A stretch of 59,339 nt of DNA, counting the filler, from Catajapyx aquilonaris (taxonomy: Eukaryota): NCBI GenBank assembly GCA_000934665.2. It is 4 parts of 4 records of this genome, joined end to end, with 100 filler letters (N's around TTAATTAATTAA, not from the genome) between each part and the next. Parts side by side here need not be neighbours in the genome. Positions count along the whole stretch, not along the records: positions 44,559 to 59,339 come from JYFJ02007702.1; 3 more parts are not named here. One strand, given 5' to 3'. The position numbers were made by a program, and so were the translations under genes. Positions 50,459 through 59,339 of the stretch are shown here, piece after piece. Position 1 is the first letter of the stretch. The number at the start of each line of letters is the position of its first letter. The notes beneath the pieces are model-generated. The model searched no databases, was not told the origin of the DNA, and worked only from the letters and a program-made list of their open reading frames with translations.

Positions 50459-52828
50459 CGAGTAACCCTATTCCCTATTATCAACTGATGGATAAAGTTT
50501 ACATACCCATTTAGGTGTTAGGGAATAGCCTGTCATTCAGCTACTCCAACATAGGTTAAAATATCAGCAGGATGTTCCCTGTCATTCACAGATGATGAAA
50601 CTAATTTTAAACATGCGATTATTGTTTTATTTATTTATTATAATACTTTGCCCCCCAACCAAAGTTATGGAGTTAAAATTTACATTCAGTCAGCTATCCA
50701 TATAAGTTACGGTGCGATTGTCGTCCCTTATTGCTGTAGACTTTGTGAGCTGAAAATGAGTGATTGCAGCACAGCCATAGCCCCTTTTCTGATTACAGGA
50801 AGCAGGAGCGAGGGAAGGCATAGAAAAACTACTCCAGTCTTATTTCTGGAGCTTAAACTGCCAGACGCTTTATTGAGGCTTCTCGCATCATTTTCTTCCA
50901 CGTGTTGAAAGTTTTTATTGAGTTTAGCTATTTCTTTTTTTATTTCATGCTCCCATTTCTTTTCGTAGTGAGTAATAATATCATATAGAAGCTCTCTATT
51001 ATGAAGTTAACTGCGTAAGCTACATAAATGATTGCTACTTTTTACTGAATTTATAAGAAATACTGCTCACTGTTTTATTCACGCTGAACATGAACACTTA
51101 TAATAGGAATGAAGATCATAATAATCTCTCTCCCCGATGTAATTTAGGCTCCTTTCCTGGAAAATTTCCGCTGCCGTAGGCTTATTACGCTCAAAATATA
51201 AATGGCGGATTAGTGCGTCGTTCTCCCATTTTTAATTCACGGGGCGTAATGAGAAACTTATGACCGTGGGGCAATGGACAGGATGCATCCATTAATGTTA
51301 ATCTCTTCGCATGAGTGCATTAACATAAGGTGATATTTTTGCTCTTCTTTTATCCAGCCAATGGAAATTTCTGTCAAATGAAAGGGTGGCATAAGAATGC
51401 ATGGGATGCACTTTATGAAGTACTTTGACTGTAGCCTGGTATTAAATTGATTGAAAAATGTTCACACGTCGAGCACAGACCAGCAGTACAATATGCAACA
51501 GGAAGGTATATTAATTAGTAAAACTTCCAGTTAGTTACCGATAGGTATTTATGCCATGGTCATTTCAGAACAGCAATATATTGTGACTCATTCCAGAGAT
51601 ATATTCTGAAAAGTAATCGCTTAAAATATCCATAAATTGCAAACGACTCGTAATGTGTCTTTCTGCATGCACAACAGTAACGATTAGATTGTGAGCCTGC
51701 TCTAATTGTCAGCGCAGGTTTTACCACCACCCGCAGAAGTTGAATATCTAAACAGAACCAGTCCCACAGTTCCCTCCCAAGTAATTCTCAACTCTGGAGT
51801 ATAAATTTGTGCCGCGGTGAATTTAGGGAAATTTGGCCTCCGCCCTTATTATCCCAAGTCCCCATCCCGCAGAGGCTTTGAAATTGGATTCTTTGGAGCT
51901 AGGGGGGCCCAGCAGGGTCTGGGTGCAAGAGTGGCAAATAACACGGGAGGGGGTGAGTCGGGAGTGTAAGGTGGAAGGAAGAGAGGGTGTGAGGGGGTAG
52001 GTAGGTTGAGTTGGCCATCTCTCACGCTTCCCCCATTCTCTTGGCTGCCGACTCCTCAAAGCATATTGAGTGCGGGCGTGGCGGGGGTTCCGAAAGCACC
52101 GGCGCCGGAAAAGCCGGCCTCTATTGCCGCCAGTTAGACCCCAGGCGAAGAAACGCACTTCATTCTCAAGGTGTGGCGGCTCCCATCTGGTAACGCCTGC
52201 TAGTTAACCTCCGGCAAATGAAGTTCAAAGACCTTGCGTGTCAAGGTCCTTTGTCTCTGCGGCAAAAGCGTCTCCAGGCTTTATTTCTCCGAGGTGCAAC
52301 TAATCAACACTGCACTCTGGAGGCTGCTAGAGCAGCGGCAATAATAAGGTGGCTGGGTTGCTCAACTAGCTGCAGGCTGGTGTCAAGCTGGAGGAGATTT
52401 TGATGGGCACAGAATTGCTATTGTGTACCACTGAGTGTTAAATGCATTTCTCTAGCTGGAGGTGATGCAATCAGTATGTGATAAGTGGATAAGGGTGTCT
52501 TTAAGTAAATGACATTGGTGGAGATGATGAATATACTACAGCCCTCACATCCACGATGTCTCTCACAGATCTGTTTGGCTCATTTCACACTCTTCCCTTG
52601 CTCTTTGTTTCTTCCATAAATGCGAACTGTGATAGACTAATCAGGATCGTAGTCCAAGAACTCGGGAATGACGGAAAACCTGCTGTTTATTCCGGATCAC
52701 ACAGGACTGTGTAGCTTCCCCACATGGCGACCACGACACCATTGTATCTCCACCCCCCCCCCCCTCCCAGTGAATAGCACAATTTGTCTGCACTTCATCT
52801 AGAGAGTAGGCCTACATGTCATAACATA

Positions 52829-53218
52829 CAGGGTGGACCAACTTCAAGTGTCGTTTTATAACGGCTATTAATAGAAGCGCTTTACGATTATCGTAGCAGC
52901 CACGTGTAAAATGGCCCACTTCGGCGCCATCGAAAATATTAGCTGTGTTTCGTTTGCAGGCTCTTGCATTACAGATCCATGGTCCATCTGGTGCCTTGGA
53001 CGTCACCCATATCACCCAGGCGCATCGCAGGTCATGTGTGCACCTCCTTTTTTCCAGGTCAACCCAGCAGCAGGGTTGATTACATGTGGGCTGCTTATTG
53101 GCAGCTAATATTTTCGATGGCGCCGAAGTGGGACATTTTACACGTCGCTGCTACGTCATCGCAAAATCACTGCTATTAATCGCCGTTATAAAACGACACT
53201 TGAAGTTGGTCCACCCTG
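52829..53218. mobile_element. Tc1/mariner MITE with ~118-bp TIRs
   Basis: TA|CAGGGTGGACCAACTTCAAGTGTCG...CGACACTTGAAGTTGGTCCACCCTG|TA. Confidence 0.92.
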
Positions 53219-53307
53219 TATAGTCTGTCATACCGAGATTTCTGAGCACTTCTGATACACCCCTCATTAGCCCTTCATGTACTTAATTCAATTATAATAA
53301 CCTAGAT

Positions 53308-53519
53308 CAGTGGTTTCCAACCTTTTACCAACTGCGACCCCCTAAATATGTTTCNCCCCCCCCTGGCCCCTTCTACAACTGACCCATTTCCAGAAAACAT
53401 ACGCACTGTACGGCCGCAAAAAGGGTCCAATTTACACAGAAATTGCAAAAAAAAAAGGTTGAACAAAGGCTCGCGACCCCCCGCGACCCTGCCTGCGACC
53501 CCCACGTTGGAAACCACTG
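53308..53519. mobile_element. hAT (Buster/Charlie-type) MITE
   Basis: TIR CAGTGGTTTCCAAC...GTTGGAAACCACTG, a perfect 8-bp TSD ACCTAGAT with central TA, and GCGACCC subterminal repeats. Confidence 0.93.
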
Positions 53520-53919
53520 ACCTAGATGCTCCTAATAAGTGGTGGTTGGTAGACTGGACCGGGAATATTGCAGAATCAATATCCTTCTTCTTTGGAACCT
53601 ATTGATACTTCACTGTAAGAATCAATATTGGGCATGGCCATGCCAACGACTAGAAATATGAACGGGGACCAACGGGACTCCATCATTCGTGCAACCGATA
53701 TTTTCGTTATCCATTTAGTGAAGTAGATGTCAAGTGGTTTTCACTTCAGATTCTCGGTGGCCAAGTGGGCAATACTGTCTAGTCCATGATGAGCTCCCCA
53801 CGACTCACTCCAGTATGCATTTTTTGCTAGTTTTTAATAATTTTTTAAAAAACTTTTAATTATTTTAATTCATTTGTTTTATTTATTATATATCTTACAA
53901 ATATTTCTATTTTTTTCAG

Positions 53920-53990
53920 GAATCAATCTATGGATCCACTTCCGATAATATGATCTCTATGGACGCGAGGCGCATCCGTACCTGTTTCAT
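53920..53990 (+). CDS. Candidate 71-bp exon of an unidentified plus-strand gene
   Basis: Strong acceptor TTTCTATTTTTTTCAG|G after an AT-rich stretch, and donor CAT|GTGAGTA. One frame is open: ESIYGSTSDNMISMDARRIRTCF. No homology recognised. Confidence 0.4.
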
Positions 53991-56126
53991 GTGAGTACAA
54001 CGAATAGGGGGCTCACCTTAGCTTCTCTCTTAAAGAATAATCTTCATCCATGCCCATAAGTGAGAGATCATATTATTTTACATACTGCTTTTCGATATTC
54101 AGTGACGCTTTTACCTAAAGTACAATATTATTGAAAGGTGCATCAAATGCTAAAAAAATCGAAAAACATCAAGACAGCTTAAGTGGAGTGTAAGGAGAAA
54201 AACACTCCCCAAATTAGTATTCCAAAAATTGAATTTTCTTATGCTTAACCTACACCCTTCTATATTTTCAAACCCTTCTGGCCGCCAAAAATTAGTCTCA
54301 AGAATAAAAATAAAATTGATACCAAAATAAGCCTTCACAAGGCAGCGTAGCTAGTGTTGAATCCAAGTAGTACTGTAAATTGGGTATACTATAACTTAGC
54401 CCTTAAAAATAGGTAAGCGACTCTCATACACCATTTCCCATAACAGCCCTTTCTCGAATGCACTACACATTTGGCCCTAGAGTTTTTTTTAACAGAGCAG
54501 GGTCTGCCTATACACACGCGAGGAGAGGGGTGGGATGGTGAATGGAGAAGTTCTTGTCGCCACTCGGAAATCTGGTGGGGGCCACTGGCTTCAGGTTGCA
54601 ATGTGGGGATATTATTTTAGACCAGCTCGTATTAATGTGAAAATGCCCTAAATCAGCAGATAATAGGGAGTTTCCGCCATGAACCCTTAAGCACCAAAGG
54701 GCAAACAAAACGAGAAATGTTAGCTCCTTCCTTATTCCAAGTGCACCTGCGCCCTCTGGGATCCGGGCGTGGTGAAACAGGCATAATTGATTACAGTGGA
54801 CCGCCGATTAATAAAAACATTTTCACGCCGGTAGAATTGGTTATCATTATGAATATGAAGCTAGTGGGCGACAAAATGCTTCAATTGCAGGGAAAAAGTG
54901 AACTAGCCCTTGTGAGGAGACTTTGCCGCACTTACCTTGAGGCGGGTTATGTTACAAACTTACAATGCTATAGTGGAAGGGAAAATTCCTCTCGTGTTTT
55001 TCAGATAACATGCACTTTTATGTTTTCCAAGGTAGATGAAAATGGAAGAAAAAGTGTTTTAATATTTACACTGGTATAGTTTCTATGGCTTGAGCGCTTC
55101 TCTGGTTCCCTTCGGATGTTCTTTCCTAGCTACTACAGCTCAACGCTGAATATCGAGTTTCTAGCGAGTCAAATGAGGATGAATAGCAGTGTTAGTGCAA
55201 GATATGCGGAAAAGTATACATTATGCCATTTTTTGCTACCACAAAAGATGGCTTAAAGGCGGGTTTTTGCCGCGTTATTGCATTTTCTCCTCTCCTAAGA
55301 GTATATGGTATGTAATGAAAAATATAGTGAATCCATCCAAATACATCACGGCTAATTAAATGATGTAATTATTAATACTTAAATAATTAACTAGACCTCC
55401 AATTTTGTCGTTATCTTGATGTTCTTATTAATATTGGTCTGAAATCATGCGCGTTTATTGACAACAATAGTCAGTAACCATTCTCTACGACGAAGCGCCG
55501 CTTTTATGCAGGTGATTTATATTACAGTTTTCAAGTTATGCTCTTAACATTGTACTAAAATGTGGCAGTGTTTGAGGTATTCAATTCATAATCCAAAAGA
55601 GAGGAGGAATAAATTAGCTTTTATACTATCTGCATTCCAATGCCATTGTTAATAATTGAGTAAGGACTTGAGGTAGAATGCAACTGGGCTTGAGGCAGTG
55701 AAGTCCTTAAAGTGTGTTTTATAATCTCTTAATATCAGTAAAAGTCTCGGGAAATATATATATTTTACAACAACCGACGTCTTATGTGGTCATTTCTGTC
55801 GGCGCAATACTTTTGGAACGAGTCCACGACGGGTATTTTTATTAGCCAAAAGATGGCCCACACTTTATCCCTGCTTGACATCGTTCCAAAGGAAGAAAAT
55901 CCGAAAACCATTAAATATATTACGAACAAATCCCACATTTCTTCTTCTCAGCAAAAATTGTAATGTGAGAGAATTATCTCCCACTGTAATAGCTCAATAT
56001 CTTCCAGGAATATTGTGGTCATGCACGATTTACGGCCGTGCCATTTATGTGAAAATACATTATGGAAGAGAAGAATTAATTATTATATAAACTACTAAGT
56101 TATAATATGTAGGTAAATGTGGTCAG

Positions 56127-56134
56127 GAATAATA

Positions 56135-56177
<43 letters not shown>
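56127..56177. repeat. (AAT)n microsatellite
   Basis: Direct repeat. Confidence 0.95.
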
Positions 56178-59100
56178 CTGCCCATTATGTGACATTATAC
56201 GTACTGCGCGCTGAATCTGTTGCTAAAACTTGGCATGCTCATAGACTTCTGTCTTGGAGGAACAAACTGCAGCAAGTAATAATATTGGTATAGCCTACAC
56301 CTTAGCAGCATAAAAGAAGCCCTGAATTTCTGTTTGTGGTGCCTGGGGCCAAAACGTGTACCCGCAATATGTTTAGAAACATCGTCAGAAAGCAATGTAG
56401 TGCTTCAGGTAAGAATATAGAGAGGCTTCATTTCAACAGAGGTTGTTTAAGTATCGTATACTGCAATGTATACCGCATTGTTCGACTTCTCCGACAACAT
56501 TACGATGGTTGTACTTTGTTCTCTGAAAAATTCAAACCAAGAAACAATAGTTAATGTGGCTTTAGTCCCTGAGAAGCTACTTTTAATAAATGATAATACA
56601 CGCCCTGCGTCAGAGTAGTGCATTCAATTAGTGTAGGGGCGACCTACACGAGAGTATAAAGCAGTGTAAGTGGAGCAGGCAGTGCTTGATTTAGTTTGTC
56701 TTGTAGGCAAATAATAGCACGCCACGCACTCCCTTGATGCTCCCCACGTTGGGCGCCATTCCTTGGGGAAAACTTTTTATGGCCTCAATAATGTAGTGGC
56801 ACGATAACGGACATTGTTTCCAGAGGGCGCTGTGGGCCCCACGATAATGCGACGAGCTTGAGAACCCCTGGTATAACATCTGGCATTTATAAACTAGGCG
56901 TGGCCAGTTGCGTTACACTTTCATGATCACTAATGCAATTTCCGCTAATTATAACTGCCTCCTCTAATGCAATATTCTGTCATTGGACGAGGGAACCGTT
57001 GTGCCGACTGACACGAACACGAGCCTCATAACAGACACACCCAAGGTCTCTTCGGTGCGGGCAATTCCAACAGGCCCAAACGCGTATTTCCATGCCTTCT
57101 GGTTATTTTAAAATAATGCAGCTAATTACTCTTTCATAATTGAGCATTTGTTCTGGGATGAGGTGAGACTCGTAAGCCTCCCAAAAGAAAAGGGGCTTTC
57201 TCCCAACCCTCCCTCTGAAATCTAATATTCAATGAATGTTTCAGATCTCGCCTTTTACGGCCGCTTCCTGGGCTAATTGTTTTTGGGGCTGGCCCCCGAT
57301 GCTAATGTCGTTAGGCTGCCGACACTGTCATGTCGCCTTAGCGCCGCCGGAGTTAAGCTCGTTTCTTATGCGCTGATACCAAGTCGCTGATGCATCATTT
57401 CGATTAAGTCGAACTGACGTTTCTGGAAGCGTGAATAACTTCGCAGAAATTATGGCTCCCATGGGGGTTTTGGGTGGCGAGGCTTTTGACTCTTCAGGGC
57501 TATAAATGTTGTGACTAACTCAACAGTTAAAAAGGCGTTATCTGGCCGTGGATATTAATTAGAGTATATGCCTAATGATTTTTATTACGGGAATGGATTG
57601 ACTTGACTCTATATAGGATGTTCCGTCATGTTTTTTTTTTGCATGAGGTGGTCAAAAACATTGCCCCCGTGCGAACACGCGCAAGCTTTGCTGTGTCGAT
57701 AGCTTTTCTCGTGATTTTATAGCTCGCCGCATCCTGCTATGGTGAATGACTACTGACATTGTGATTTTAGCCCGGAAAATGGAAAGGCAAGGGGCTGACT
57801 CGCTTGTGATCCCTTCTGCAATGGGCCAATTTTGAAAAACACACCACCTGTTAGCCTATTTAATTAGCTCAATTCACCTGAGTCAAATTTTACCAAGAAT
57901 CTGCTGAAATAAACAATTTGTGTGCTGGAAGATTGTACCTTTCGCGAAATACAGATTTACCATTGCATTTTCTGTCCCTATATTGGTTCGCATAGTCAGA
58001 TAACTTCTAATTACACTCCCAGCTTTTATGTATAAGCAGTGGTTGACATCAGTTAGAAACCTTTCAGAATACCAGTGCCAAAGAATGTAAACTACCACAG
58101 TCTATTATCCCGGACGCTTTGGCTAATTTTACGCCAAGCTGCCTTAAAGCTGTGTAAAAGGAGCCAAAAACAATTAGCTGGTCACGAGTGAAAGTGGCCC
58201 CCTCCACAGCTTCTGGGTAAGTTGTGCAATTATAAATTTATTACGACACAATGAACCATTCAGACACCCGAAAAACATGTCAGTGTCGGTCGATCGCTAA
58301 TCAAGCCCATAGTACATGACACAGAAGGTACATAACACGAGGCAGACCGCGAACAGTAGCCCCATCTCCCACCAACCCAGCTCCCAACCCTTCATCCATC
58401 CCCCGGCCGTTTTGGGTGCACTCGCTTCAATTCCGGGCACTCGGCCTGTAATTAGAGAGGCAGAGAGATGTGGCGAGCCTTTTCATATGGCGCCGCCATG
58501 TTGGTCAGTCAAACGAAAGGGTCTGTGGAATGCTCCCCTTGTCGACTTTGTGGAACTTGAATCAACAAGGTGGAAATTGGGTCGGAGCATAAGGACAACA
58601 ACATGGGGCTCGTTCTCAGCCGGCGAATTGGATCAATGGGGGCTGCTCTCCTGAGGCTGTTTGAGCAAGTGGCCGTTGACCTAAGACCAATCGGCGCTAG
58701 TCGCCGCTTCAAATTGTAAGATGGCGTCTATAGGGGGCCCAGTTGGATCCCTGCAGATTTTCCAGGGGGCTAACGAATCGGGTTGTTCAACGGACTCAAG
58801 AGAACGGAAGATTAGCCTATAGTACTCGTATCTCGTAATAGAATATTTATTAGGTGAGGTAGATTTCCCAGCCAGAACTTGTGTACATGGAACAGCTATC
58901 AGCATAGCCTACACGCATTAAATTAATTACGAAGGAGTTACGAATTACAAAGAGCGAAATTACACTGTTTAAGGTAATATGGAAGCATCAATAATTTATG
59001 GTGCGCATATGTTGGTTACACGGTCTAATAAAAATGTGGGAAGTAAGGATGCTACAGGGCGATAGGGGTTCAAATTAGGATGTGGAACCTGGAGGCCCGG

Positions 59101-59339
59101 TTGCAAATGGAAAGGTTTGTTATTCCAGAAATATATTGTTTCTAACAATGCTTAATATCATACCGTATTTTTGTGCTTAGAGCTGCTTGAACGTAAATTC
59201 GGGGGTGACCAGATTTTTAACAATATATTTTATCATCTGGTTGCTATATCGGCGTGCCCACATATAGCTTGGGTTTGTAGGTATTGTAGCCTATCTACTG
59301 TTAGGGCCGGTTGTAGTGGCCAGATAAAAATTTTCTAGC

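Overview
Eukaryotic genomic DNA, probably from an arthropod (inferred from the transposon families and the TMTC exon), with three artificial 100-bp scaffold spacers. The only confidently identified host gene segment is the first conserved coding exon of a TMTC1-type protein O-mannosyltransferase (minus strand, 2427-2899); its downstream exons lie left of the window. The remaining ~56 kb is intronic or intergenic and dense in transposon relics: Tc1/mariner (DD41D and mariner-type), pogo-like, PIF/Harbinger (two with MADF exons), hAT, Chapaev3-like and Sola1-like elements, a deleted LINE, at least four tRNA-derived SINE families (one with a V-SINE-type core), and microsatellites. The most unusual signal is at 17.7-23.1 kb. 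There, a ~130-bp tandem unit and a nearby 263-bp hairpin share a peptide motif (RHE...YRTTLN..G..YIG..LDDxxxGxG) with codon-level conservation. It resembles the N-terminus of GIY-YIG endonucleases, and the units are joined by TGATG stop/start overlaps. All copies are degenerate and the assignment is unverified. Candidate plus-strand exons and microexons are also noted. All homology calls are by eye; no database searches were run.
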